A stretch of DNA of 63,911 bases, the filler included, from Octopus bimaculoides (taxonomy: Eukaryota), in the NCBI RefSeq assembly GCF_001194135.2. It is 6 parts of 6 records of this genome, joined end to end, with 100 filler letters (N's around TTAATTAATTAA, not from the genome) between each part and the next. Parts side by side here need not be neighbours in the genome. Positions count along the whole stretch, not along the records: positions 27,157 to 39,889 come from NC_068996.1; positions 39,990 to 50,140 come from NC_068985.1; positions 50,241 to 61,560 come from NC_068994.1; 3 more parts are not named here. One strand, written 5' to 3'. Position 1 is the first letter of the stretch. The number at the start of each line of letters is the position of its first letter. The notes beneath the pieces were generated by a model. It saw only the letters and a program-made list of their open reading frames with translations. It was not told the origin of the DNA and searched no databases. Shown here one piece after another: positions 39,733 through 51,812 of the stretch. The position numbers and the translations under genes are program-made.

Positions 39733-39874
39733 TATAAATATATAAAAGGATAGAGAGAGCAATGGTAAAGCTGGAAATATATTTTATGGATAGAGTCTTA
39801 CAGCTGTAAGACTCTATCCATAAAATATATTTCCAACTTTACCATTGCTCTCATTATCCTTTTATATATTTATA
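39733..39874. repeat. 142-bp near-perfect palindrome centred on CAGCTG
   Basis: The arms are reverse complements with 3 mismatches by my alignment; centre at 39803/39804, with no spacer. Confidence 0.92.
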
Positions 39875-39889
39875 CATACACACGCTAAT

Positions 39890-39989
39890 NNNNNNNNNNN
39901 NNNNNNNNNNNNNNNNNNNNNNNNNNNNNNNNNTTAATTAATTAANNNNNNNNNNNNNNNNNNNNNNNNNNNNNNNNNNNNNNNNNNNN
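39890..39989. other. Artificial scaffold-join spacer
   Basis: 44 N + TTAATTAATTAA + 44 N. Confidence 0.95.
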
Positions 39990-40819
39990 TCAACTACTGT
40001 GAAACTAGTTGAAAAAACATTTTGCAGAAATGAAAAGAGCCTTCCTCTGCTCTTTCTATGATGCACACCTTGTGCAGTCATGTTTCATGCAAATATTGAA
40101 CTTCTTAGTCACCAGATGAAGCAACATAACAAACATGTGGGAGAAGAAAGAATACTACTTGGAAATAAAAAATTGGTGATATTATGTGTGAATGTGTATG
40201 TATACACGTGTATATTTTATCAAAGTATATCAGTAAAGGGGGTAAACATCACCGAGACAGAAAAAAAGAATGATGCTCTTTGAATGAATTTTTTTGTGAT
40301 ATTTGTTCTGCCCTGAATTTAGAAACTTCCTTGTGTCACTTTTACAGTAAAAAATGCAGTGAACTAGACTAGTTGAGCAGAAACTGAAAATGTGATATAA
40401 ATTCTGCAAAAGGTAAGCATGCTCAGTCATTGCTACAGAAATTAAATATAAGGGAGATAATAATGGTTAACCACCTACAACCTAGCGTTAAATATTTATA
40501 ATAAAACTCAATTTGTGGAATTTATCACCATTACATCACATATAAATGCTAATTTATGCTAGTATATACATACAATTAGAAGTACTTTTAAAATAAGCTT
40601 TTGGGGTCCCACTCTCTTTCCAGAAGAAAATTAAAGAAATGTCAAGAGACATTAGACACAATTCTCAGTAATATGAAAATATCACTATTCCCATATTCAT
40701 CACGACTAAAGTTACAACTATCATAATTTGTTCATATTTATTCTTCTTTGAGCTATTGGGATTTTGTACTGTTGCAATATTTCTTTTCTTCTAGAGTGAA
40801 ATAAAATGCTTTGACTTAC

Positions 40820-40915
40820 AATTATATCATCCTGAGTGACAATTGGATGAAGATTAATGACCAACACACGGTAGCCAGATGAAGATGAAGAATTGGAGAG
40901 AATGTCAGAAGAAAA
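40820..40915 (-). CDS. POLDIP3: Internal coding exon of a POLDIP3/SKAR-like RRM protein (start of the RRM)
   Basis: 96-nt phase 0/0 exon; acceptor TTTGATTTGTTTCAG, donor ATT|GTAAGT. Encodes FSSDILSNSSSSSGYRVLVINLHPIVTQDDII, resembling the POLDIP3 RRM start (NLHPRVTEEDIV|ELF). The next exon would lie beyond the scaffold end. Confidence 0.7.
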
Positions 40916-42039
40916 CTGAAACAAATCAAATCAAAGAAATTTATGAACAAAAACATATTTAGATTAAGAATAGTTCCTTTCTAAATGTATTTCATATCTT
41001 GTTTTCATAGCTGAGAGATAAACACATTAAAGAGATTTATCTATCTAAACCATTTACTGTGAAAAAAAATCATTACTATCTAGTTTAAATGGTTCCTGTA
41101 TATTGTATATGATTGCTGTAGGAAATATGTAAACAAAGGCTTCCAAAATGAGCATGCAGTGAACACAGCACAAACAAAATAATTGTTGAAAAGTAAATAA
41201 AAAAGAAAAAAAATGTGGTACACACTAAAAAAAAAAAAAAGTTTGCTTCAAGCTTAATTTCCCTGGTAATTAAGTGGATATCATTACAAGACTCACTGCC
41301 AAGGAGGACATCAGCCTGTTGCAAAGCCAATCCTAATCCCACTAACTATTGCTGGTATGTGTTTTCAGCTGTATAGATTGTAACGAAATGCTTTGCTCAA
41401 AAACACAATATCTTGCTCCATAAATATAAAATTCAGAAGTTCTTGATACTGTCAAAATGATTATGAGTCCATAGTTATGTGAGTATTCACAAATACTTAT
41501 GTATTTATATAAATTTGGTTGAAAAAACTGGAGAAATTTAACTCAATATATACCATTTTAATGTCCACTTTTCCAAGCTTGCAAAGGTCAGAATTCATTT
41601 TGGCAGATTTTCTTCAGCTTCATGCCCTTCTTCAAGTCACCAACCCGTTTGTTTCCAAACAANNNNNNNNNNTTTGTATGACAGAGGCACTTGTTTACAA
41701 CTATCATGGGATGCCAAGACAATAACACATACACAACTGGGAACATTTTGTTTCCATCTACCAAAAGCACCCGCAAGGTTTTGGTTGATCTGAAGCTGTA
41801 GCAGAAGATACTTGTCCAAGGTGCCATGTACCAGGACACAACCTAAAATCATATGGTTAAGAAGCAAACACCTCAACCACATAGTCATACCTGTATGTAC
41901 ACACACACAGACACTATATATATTTCCTAGCCATGCAAGCGTGGAAGATGGATGTTAAACAATAATGATGATTTTAAAACAATGACTGGAAAATTTGGTA
42001 GTTTTTCATTACAGCAGAGGAAATACAACATGAATAATA

Positions 42040-42180
42040 ATAATCTTTTCTGCTATAGGCACAAGGCCTGGAATTTTGGGGGAGAGGACCAGTCATTATA
42101 TCAACCCCAGTGCATAATTGGTACTTAATTTATTGACCCCGAAAGGATGAAAAGCAAAGTCAACCCCAGCGGCATTTGAT
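42040..42180 (-). mobile_element. SINE family C, 5'-truncated
   Basis: ATAATAATCTTTTCTGCTATAGGCACAAGGCCTG…GGTACTTAATTTATTGACCCCGAAAGGATGAAAAGC. Confidence 0.8.
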
Positions 42181-42199
42181 AATGATAATTTTACAACAG

Positions 42200-42263
<64 letters not shown>

Positions 42264-43437
42264 GATCTATTGTAACTCTTCAGACAAAAATTATATTTGA
42301 ATCTCACAGGAGACTTAGGGCTTGATCAAAAACAAGATGAGTGGATAATATCCAATCCAACCAAAAAGTGTAATGATGGTTACTTCTGATAAGGACCTTA
42401 TGAAGAAAGTGCCTGAGGACTATACCCCCAACATCCCTCCCAAGAATAGTGGACAAAGAAAATGCATGGATGGACAATGGGTAGAAATCATGTTACCGTT
42501 TTACAGAGTTTACTAACATGACAGGATATATTATAGTCACGAGGAATATTTTAAAAAAATATGTCAAAGACTGTACTTCCAAGAAGGTACAAGTAATAAT
42601 CATTTCAAATTACAATGCCAATCTATTTTTATTATTTGACATGTAATATGGAGTTGGAATACTGGGTCTGCTAGTTTCTTACTTAGAATCATACTCTACT
42701 GGTCTTAGATAAGGAACTCAAATTTGAGAATGGATTTCAATGTTTCTGTGGAGAATTTGTGGGCAATAGATACCATATAACTTGGAGATGTTATCTGTAA
42801 TATATCAGTGTCTTAACTAGAGGAGATACTCAACTCTCATCAGTTTAACGCATAGTAAAACTGGAGTTAACAACCATTGCTTAAAAATCATACTAGGCTT
42901 AATTTTTTTCATGGCTTAGTCAGGAGTCCATGATCTCTGAAGAGCTGATGAGACTGGGCAGAATTAAAAAGAACTAGTTACAGATTGTTGCAGTAGGTAG
43001 CATTGCAAATCAAGTTATTTATCCTCAGGACCAGGTGGTGATTTTGAAATGGTGCATCAAATTAGGTCTAAGACTTAAGTATATATAAATAAAAGAACAA
43101 TCCAAGCATTGAAAAGTAGTTAGATTACTTGCCAACTAGAGTTCCAACTCTAACATAGTAAACTACCATGACTTGTCTGTTACTTTAGGTGTAAATAGAT
43201 TGTGACTATAATTCCTAATTTCTTGGTTCAATGGTTGGAGTTAGGAAAAGCACTGAACAGTGGAAAATTTGTTTCAATATTTACTTAATTTGGACACCCA
43301 CCCACCCCAAAAAAACTAACAAAGAAAACCTTTAAACTTTTCCATCATTGACAAATAAATTGTAAAATAAAATAGTGATCATTACTGTTTTGACATTAAC
43401 TCATGCAGATGTCAAATTCAAAAACAGAATTACTCAC

Positions 43438-43876
43438 CTGGTCATGTGAATCAACATTACTTGCAGGTTTCATACGTTTTGTAGCAGATGGAACAATCCC
43501 AAAATCTCTGGACTGACGAGGAAATTTGATAAGACTTTCCCGATCTAATGGTAAGGAAGATTTCGATGGATTGCTAGCAACTTCGTATTTGTCTCTACGA
43601 GTCATTGACGAAGAAGAAAGTACAGAATTCTGGCTAAAGCCGTAATAACCATGGAGATGAGGATAATGACTGTTGTGGTAGTGGTGGTGGGGATGAAGGT
43701 GAAGTAAGGTGTCAAGCAGAAGAAGTGAGGGAAGAGTATCCAGAAGTACTCAAATGTTCATAATCATAGTCTATGGATTTAGGAGTAGAGATTTTCTCTC
43801 GATAATGATCATTCTTCAATTGTATAACAGGACCTCTCAGGGGCTCATATGTTGCGATATTTGATCTTTCATCACT
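43438..43876 (-). CDS. Upstream exon of the same POLDIP3-like gene, with a broken reading frame
   Basis: Strong acceptor (TTTTTTTCAATTGTTTCAG) and donor (CAG|GTGAGT). The 3' frame …MTRRDKYEV…DSHDQ ends in phase 0, compatible with the RRM exon; the 439-nt exon has no single open frame. Confidence 0.5.
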
Positions 43877-45476
43877 CTGAAACAATTGAAAAAAAGTCAA
43901 GTTAGAAACTAAAAAAATAAAATGATACAAATATGTATATTAAACTTCACACAAATTGTATTACAGCAGGCACCTAGCAGCATTTGACAAATCCATTAGA
44001 TTTAAACATATGCGAGGAATCAGTTGTAGAGTGTTAGAGTAAACTGTGTGGTATGGTCATGTGATGTGCATGGAAAATGTTAGCTATGTAGAGCAGTTCA
44101 AAGTGGATGGAAACATAGGAATAAGTAGTGATGACCGATCTCAAGAAGCTGAACCTCGCAAAGGGAGAAATGTGCTAAAGAAAATCGAAGTCCATGAAAA
44201 CATAGAAAAACAAATGTAAAAGAAATGCTGGTGGTCAAAGAGGGTGGGATGATTAACATCTACAATTCATGCTCATATGTACATACTCGATCCCCATCTT
44301 AATTACTACACATCATTCTCTCATGATTCCTTCATCTATTATTAATTACTGACATTTATCACTCCTTTTTTTCAGTTAGTACCTTCCTGCTCTGTCTTTT
44401 CTATTATATTCTGTTCCTCTGTCACTATCTCACTTGCTCATGTTTCTTTTCAATCTAACCAACAACCTCCATGTAATGTCTGTCTCTATCCCTTTCCATT
44501 ACCCTCTTCTCTATCATTCTGGTTCTCTTTTTAGACTCCCTCTTTCTGCCACCACACTGCCTATGTCATGGAAGATAGCAATGCATGCACACCTGCCAAT
44601 TCATCCCTTGTTACCTGGCTAATTTATCAGCACATCTCACCTCAACAACCTATTCTGACTACATTGTTCCAAAAGACATTGGTCTATTAGCCTGAAAGCT
44701 GATCTAAGTCTTCCCAACTCTCTTTGCATGAAGACAATCATCAGCTGGCCACTGACAACCTACTGCCTTTTTGCTATTAAAAATACAAAATGAACTGATG
44801 CAGAGGAGGCAGCAATGGGGACAATAGACTGTTCATTTGCTGTTACACTCCAAGAAGGGCTCTTGCCTGATGAACTGGGTACAATCAACACAATCATATT
44901 TTACATCAACTTTTCCGTGCCAGTAGGGGTTGGATAGATTTTCTGAAGCAGTGCTTTATGTCCAGATACCCTTCCTATTGTCAAGCTTTTACTTCATACA
45001 ACATGCAGAGATTTAGTGTATCATACTCTAAAGCTGACGTACATATAGTTAGATACTTTATTTAAGACATAATTCTGACTAATAACTTGAATCTTCACCA
45101 AGAATACTATTAAAAGAATGATACAACATGCATGTGTGCGCACACACACACATAAAAGGCATTTCAGAGCATATAAATTGTCATGCACACATATGCAGTG
45201 AGGGGACTTAGAGAATACCACATACACACATTCTTTATCCAAAGTGTGTATATGTAAGTTGTTAATATCTATCAAGGAAAAAAGTATTCTTAATTACCAA
45301 GTTTAGGGGGGTAAAGAAAATAAATAAAAATATTCAAGGGAAGTAACTGAACGTTTTACCAGTATTCTCCGTACATCTCTGTTTATAAATAAATCACACA
45401 CGTGATTTGATTGACGTTAACTGTTTATATATAAATCACGTGGTTGAATATCATAGTTTCTTATGAGAAATCGAAA

Positions 45477-47272
45477 ATGCCTCGTGGAAGACCGGCTGCA
45501 CAATATCTTATTGTTGCTGAAAACGAAATCCTCACTCGTGAATTAATATTAGAGGAAAAATGGAATATCAGTGAATTAAGCAGTAGCTCAAGATACAGAA
45601 TGTTGGAATGATGTGCGCGTCGTCGACTTATTAGAAATAAGTTTACCTGCGACGACTGTCTAGTACCATGCGGACTTGTTACACGTGGTGACAGAATAGA
45701 TGGAAAAGAATGGGGATCTAGTTCAAAACGGGGGCACCAGTATTTTCTTAACGAAACACTTTGAAACTTGGGACACTGGTAGAATGTGTCATATAAAACA
45801 TCTTTTTCTCTTAGTCTTCTTAAGAAAAATTATTATATTGCAATTTATTTCATGTTAAAGTTGTCGTATTTCTGTAATTTCAACCAATGACTGACGTCCA
45901 TTCAGCCGAATACATTAAGTGCTGACTACGTAAACAAACGATTCTCAAACGATTCTGGCGGTGATAAAANNNNNNNNNNTTATTATATTGCAATTTATTT
46001 CATGTTAAAGTTGTCGTATTTCTGTAATTTCAACCAATGACTGACGTCCATTCAGCCGAATACATTAAGTGCTGACTACGTAAACAAACGATTCTCAAAC
46101 GATTCTGGCGGTGATAAAATTATTATTTCCTTGTCAAAAAATGGTTGAAGCATATTGGCAGTAGCCAATAAACCTTTCTATTATAGGCACAAGGCCTGGT
46201 TTTTGAGGGAAGGAGCAAGTCGGTTAGGGAAAACGAACACACGTGTGTTGCCTCTCTGCAAAATGTCAGAAGTAATGGAGATTAAATACGCTTTACACCG
46301 CTTAAACTGCCAAAGGAGTAACTATAAACAGCTGAATTGGTTGAAATGATCGAAATAAGACAATTTTTTACATGAAATTAATTCGAATACAAAAATTTTT
46401 TTCTGTTCTATAACACAAAATAGATAAGTATACGAAGTTTGAAAGTCTTTCGGTACCAAAATCACTACATAAAACATAAATGAAAACTGGTGCCCCCGTT
46501 TTGAACTAGATCCAAGAATGGTACTGTAAACAGTGTAAAAAAAAGAAATCTGTCCGTTACAGTTCATTTTTTGAAAGGAGCCATATTCAACTGTACAATC
46601 TGGTGTTGCTTATTTACTGCTGGTGCAAGGAAATAATGCAAAAACATATTATAGATGAGTGCTCTCTTAGTCACACTAGCGTGGTAGATTGGAGCAATTT
46701 CTGCCGTGAAGTGTGTGACGAATGGCTTCGTCAAAACCCCATGGAAATTGGCGGTGTTGACAATAATGGACAGCCACTGGTGGTAGAAATAGATGAAAGC
46801 AAGTTCTTTCATCGAAAGTACCACCGTGGGCTGTGGAGACCTGGCCACTGGGTTTTCGGAGGTGTTGAGAGAGACTCAGGGAAGTGTTTCCTTGTAGAAG
46901 TGCCCGACCGAACAGAGCAGACACTGTCGGAAATGATACAGCGGTGGATTTTGCCAAGAACCCACATAATCAGTGACGGGTGGGCATCCTATGCCAATAT
47001 CACAAACTTGGGGGCGATGTATATACACCCACGAAGTTATTGTGCATGGGGACCACTTTGTAGATCCAAATGATAATGAAATTCATACACAGAATATAGA
47101 AAACTTGTGGATGAGATTGAAAAGAAAACTTCGGTGGCAATTCGGGACATCGGATGAATTATTTTCATCTTATCTACATGAATTTCTATGGCGGAATTCA
47201 ATCCCAAAAGAAAAAAAACATTTGTTTATTTTTTGGCTGCCATTTCTGAAGTGTATAATGTTGAGTAGGTGA
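45477..47272 (+). pseudogene. Merlin (IS1595/ISXO2-like DDE) transposase pseudogene, interrupted by a nested element
   Basis: ATG at 45477. Zn-ribbon CDDC…C / DGKEW|YCKQC rejoins across the insertion; VVDWSNFCREVC; catalytic VEIDES, IISDGW and HTQNIENLW motifs; one in-frame TGA and one frameshift near 47030. Confidence 0.9.
45714..46513. mobile_element. Non-autonomous Merlin-type element, 28-bp perfect TIRs, 8-bp TSD
   Basis: TIR GGATCTAGTTCAAAACGGGGGCACCAGT at 45714-45741 and its reverse complement at 46486-46513; TSD AAGAATGG at 45706-45713 and 46514-46521. Confidence 0.92.
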
Positions 47273-48531
47273 ATTTCTAGAACTGCATGGTGACCCTCAC
47301 TCGACGAGGTCGTGCTCATTGAAAATAGATATATTTTAATGAAATTTTCGGCATAACTACAGGGTTTTACCCACCAGACTTTGGGAGGTCATAACTTTCA
47401 GAAAAATGAATATTTTTTAATGAAATTTTCTATGCATATAGTATTTACTATGTAGAATCCGAATATACAAAAATTTGGAATGGGGGTGGGGGACAATTTT
47501 CGGAAATTCCAACAGAGTCCACTTAAATTCTTCTTAACTTCCAGGAAAATTAATATTTTTTCGTGAAATTTTCTACAAATATACCTTGATGTATGTACAT
47601 TTCGAGCATGTAGGAATTTTGAAGGAAACAACTGCAGGTTATTTTTGAGAAGCGTTCCCCACTCGGTGGTGTTTCGGAGCAAGTCGTCCATATTTGTTTC
47701 ATTTTTCTCTATTATGTGCGTATGTGNNNNNNNNNNNNNNNNNNNNNNNNNNNNNNNNNNNNNNNNNNNNNNNNNNNNNNNNNNNNNNNNNNNNNNNNNN
47801 NNNNNNNNNNNNNNNNNNNNNNNNNNNNNNNNNNNNNNNNNNNNNNNNNNNNNNNNNNNNNNNNNNNNNNNNNNNNNNNNNNNNNNNNNNNNNNNNNNNN
47901 NNNNNNNNNNNNNNNNNNNNNNNNNNNNNNNNNNNNNNNNNNNNNNNNNNNNNNNNNNNNNNNNNNNNNNNNNNNNNNNNNNNNNNNNNNNNNNNNNNNN
48001 NNNNNNNNNNNNNNNNNNNNNNNNNNNNNNNNNNNNNNNNNNNNNNNNNNNNNNNNNNNNNNNNNNNNNNNNNNNNNNNNNNNNNNNNNNNNNNNNNNNN
48101 NNNNNNNNNNNNNNNNNNNNNNNNNNNNNNNNNNNNNNNNNNNNNNNNNNNNNNNNNNNNNNNNNNNNNNNNNNNNNNNNNNNNNNNNNNNNNNNNNNNN
48201 NNNNNNNNNNNNNNNNNNNNNNNNNNNNNNNNNNNNNNNNNNNNNNNNNNNNNNNNNNNNNNNNNNNNNNNNNNNNNNNNNNNNNNNNNNNNNNNNNNNN
48301 NNNNNNNNNNNNNNNNNNNNNNNNNNNNNNNNNNNNNNNNNNNNNNNNNNNNNNNNNNNNNNNNNNNNNNNNNNNNNNNNNNNNNNNNNNNNNNNNNNNN
48401 NNNNNNNNNNNNNNNNNNNNNNNNNNNNNNNNNNNNNNNNNNNNNNNNNNNNNNNNNNNNNNNNNNNNNNNNNNNNNNNNNNNNNNNNNNNNNNNNNNNN
48501 NNNNNNNNNNNNNNNNNNNNNNNNNNNNNNN

Positions 48532-49030
48532 CGGCAGAAATTGGCCCAATCCACCACAGTGGACCAACTCGCAATTTGTAACTCGTGCATAATTCTCCGC
48601 AAGGGTACATCAATCGACCACCAATACAAAAAGAGCAGTATTGTTTTTAAAGGCAAATTGCTCTTTTGAAAAAACGATCCTTTTCTAATAGAAAAGCGTT
48701 TTCGACACTGTCGACCAGTACACTTCCAGCTATATCCATCTTGAACTGGCCGAAATTTCGAAAATGAACAATTGTGGCCACAGTCACAAACATGCGCTTC
48801 TGCTAAAAGTCCATATCTTTTCAGCCAGTCAATGAGATGGTCCTGGTCACGGCTGATTTCATACAAATCCACCAGGCGAAACGGAGGACATTGCATAATA
48901 TTCATCCTGAGTAGCAATAGAATAAATTCAATTTCAGTGTAAAATTTCCAAAGATTCTGAAACCTTCCAAAGTGGCAACAGAATGAATTTAATTTCAGTG
49001 TAAAATTTCCAAAGATAGAGTAAGGTTACC
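48532..49030 (-). mobile_element. Second Merlin element, 5' part; DDE domain presumably in the gap
   Basis: ORF from 48917: …WLKRYGLL…CDCGHNC…DGYSWKCTGRQCRKRFSIRKGSFFQKSNL…VVDWANFC; candidate terminus GGTAACC… at 49030. Confidence 0.85.
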
Positions 49031-49372
49031 GAGAAAAGGATGCGAGGGAAGTTGTGTCTTATAGTTGGCTTTGGTCGTGTTGTCTTTTAGGTGGCTGACT
49101 GCTTGTGACTATATCTGTAGATGTCCATTCCCTAACTGATTGAGTTGTCACGAGTTGCTTCTCTCTGTTGTCGCCAATAAGACAATGGATTTAGCTGGTG
49201 GTCTTGTTATCTCTATTCTAGATTTGATGGAGTAGAAGAGGTCAGAAAAGGGTCAAGTGGTGGAGACACCGCTTCGGCCTAGTTGAAGGCGTCTGGGAAA
49301 TAAATTTCTACTTCAGCAAATATTATTTCGTAAAGCAGGAAATATTTCCGAAGACATGTACACTTCCGAACA

Positions 49373-49415
<43 letters not shown>

Positions 49416-50140
49416 GTTAATTCTCTAAATGAAGTATTAACAGTAACTGCACGATAAAGTGTAGTATATTGCCACTTAAGTGTGGCTGACCCCTAGGGGT
49501 GGATGTTACTGTTGCTAGCTATATAAACATGAGCATGCGCATCAGTTTAAAGATATAACAACAACACCCCTCTCTGTCTCTCACATAGTTTGACACCCAA
49601 TTTCTCTCTCTCTCTCTCTCTCACCCTTCCTCTTTCTCGATCTTTCTCTCTCTTCTTTCTTTCTCTTTCCATCCGCCTCTATTCGTCATTACTCATACTC
49701 TTTGTTGTTACCTTTCTCTCTCTCTCCCTCTTCTTTGTCTCATCTTTCACTTACACTAACACATGGTACAAACAAGCGGACATTTATAATACATCAATGA
49801 TCAATCTTAATATATAAATCTGAAATTGTGTGTTTGTGTGAAGCCTTTTTGAATGTTTATAGAAATCCACATTTTCCACTTTTTCGTAAAAATTTTTACA
49901 TCAATGGAATTTTCTCGATCTGAACTTTCCAGTGCAGTAATTAGATTTTTTAAATTCCGTTTACTTTGTGTGATTTAAGGGAGATTTGGTTGTTGTTTCT
50001 AGCAACTTTTATATTTCATCCCTGCTACCTGGAACGCCATAAGTACACACGCGCTCAACATAAAAATATAGAGAGTAAAAGTAAAAGAGGGAGAGAGAGA
50101 GAAAGTGATACATACAACGTCATAGATTAAACTTTCATCT

Positions 50141-50240
50141 NNNNNNNNNNNNNNNNNNNNNNNNNNNNNNNNNNNNNNNNNNNNTTAATTAATTAANNNN
50201 NNNNNNNNNNNNNNNNNNNNNNNNNNNNNNNNNNNNNNNN
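50141..50240. other. Artificial scaffold-join spacer
   Basis: 44 N + TTAATTAATTAA + 44 N. Confidence 0.95.
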
Positions 50241-50242
50241 GA

Positions 50243-50256
50243 TGCTCTTCCGATCT
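50243..50256 (+). other. Illumina adapter remnant
   Basis: TGCTCTTCCGATCT at the very start of a scaffold equals the 3' end of the TruSeq adapter. Confidence 0.75.
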
Positions 50257-50523
50257 ATATATTAGTATTTTATAAGCTTAAAGCTTATTAGTGATTACCA
50301 TGCAATGACTAAAGAAAATAGTTTAATAATGGGGTATATAAGCCCTTGATGGAAAAATGTAGGTTTTCCCATATGCGTGGAACTTGAACCCACACCTCTT
50401 TCTTTTCATGACAAGAATGTTACCATTACACTAGTGCACCAACCTGCTTCATTCCGTCAGATTTAAGAATTATAATTAGTTCATAGTGCTGTTTTTGTAA
50501 ACAGACTTTCATGTGCTTTTACT

Positions 50524-50711
50524 GTGAAAGTATTTGTTAAGCAGTGTCGATTTTTACACTTCTGTAAATAATAATAATAGTGAGGGCTTATATGTCCCAT
50601 TATTAGACTATTTTCTTTAGTCATTGCCCAGTGATTGCTTCACACTTATAAATACTATTAATATTATTTACAGAATTGTAAAAATTGACGCTGCTTAACA
50701 AAAACCTTCAC
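50524..50711. repeat. Inverted repeat (58-bp arms), MITE-like hairpin
   Basis: 50524-50581 is the approximate reverse complement of 50654-50711. Confidence 0.8.
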
Positions 50712-50814
50712 CTCTCTCTCTATATATATATATATATCGAAACGTCTAGTTAGAATAGAGGCAGCTGACAAAGGATTAATTCCNNNNNNNNNNAGATAGA
50801 GAGAGAGCGAGAGC

Positions 50815-50845
<31 letters not shown>

Positions 50846-51812
50846 CGTCTATTAAACTCTGTCAGTTAACCTGTCACTATTGTAGGAAATAATTTTATAT
50901 GATGGTGCAGAGTGGAATCAAAATGAGAACTACATTGTTGTTAAGCAAACTTCTTAGTCACACAGAACATTTGGTACTAATAGCAATAGGCATGACAGTT
51001 GAAATATTTGTTGGAAAATAATTTGGAAGTTGTGACTGGCATGCATTTCCCAAATGACAAAATAAATATTCTACTTTCTTGTGATTTGAACTAAAAAAAA
51101 ATAGTGATCAGAGGAAAGCATTTATTTAATCACACTACCATTTCTGCATGTAACAAACAGAAACTATTAGATCTGTTCATTTGTTTAAGCTGAGCGTGAG
51201 CCAAATAATGCAAAACATTGTTGTTTTGTACCAGCTAATGTGCAAAAATAATAAATTCTCTGATTCTTTTACTGCTTTTTCCCTTTATTGCTGTTCCACT
51301 GTTCCACGTGTTTATTTGCCAATAAACCACTTTGATATTTTCCAGTAACATGATATATATAGTTTTATGCCACTCAGTTTCAACTCTTTTTTAGCTTTTA
51401 AAATATAAAGTTGTAATTGCATTAGTCAAGCTAATATTCATCTTTTAAAAATATTTCCAGGTAATGGGAACTTTTTTTGCATATTTAAGTTTAAGTTAAT
51501 GTAAACATAACTTTATGTATAAGGAATTCATTTCACCACCACATGGCTTCAAGTTTAATCCAACTGCATGGTACCTTTTACAAGTCTCTTCTACAATAGC
51601 CTCAGTCGATAAAAGCCTTGTGAGTGAAATTTTGTTGATGAAAAATAGCCAGAATTCTGTTGTTAAGGTCACAGTTTTTTTTTTTTTTTTTGTGCATGTG
51701 TTTGTGTTAAACCAGGTGACTTAATTGATCTCCTGGTTTTAAACCACCAGTTTGTCTATTTTTGTGTGCCCTGAGTGGAGCCTTTTCTGTTGCAATTATT
51801 CAGGCCAAGCAA

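Noticed and set aside
42300-42620. Possible piggyBac C-terminal relic
   Set aside because: Only faint motif resemblance with many stops; cannot be supported without an HMM search.
45830-46120. About 140-bp direct duplication inside the nested Merlin element
   Set aside because: Identical copies flank a 10-N gap; typical unmerged contig overlap.
46603-47272. Bacterial IS1595 contamination
   Set aside because: It is embedded among host SINEs and microsatellites on the same scaffold as spliced exons; the eukaryotic Merlin family explains it.
45300-47726. Terminal inverted repeats of the host Merlin element
   Set aside because: I searched both flanks and found no matching GG…CC pair with a TSD, so element ends are not called.
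50368-50440. tRNA-like sequence on the minus strand
   Set aside because: It has A/B boxes but a poor acceptor stem and an irregular anticodon arm; not supportable as a functional tRNA.
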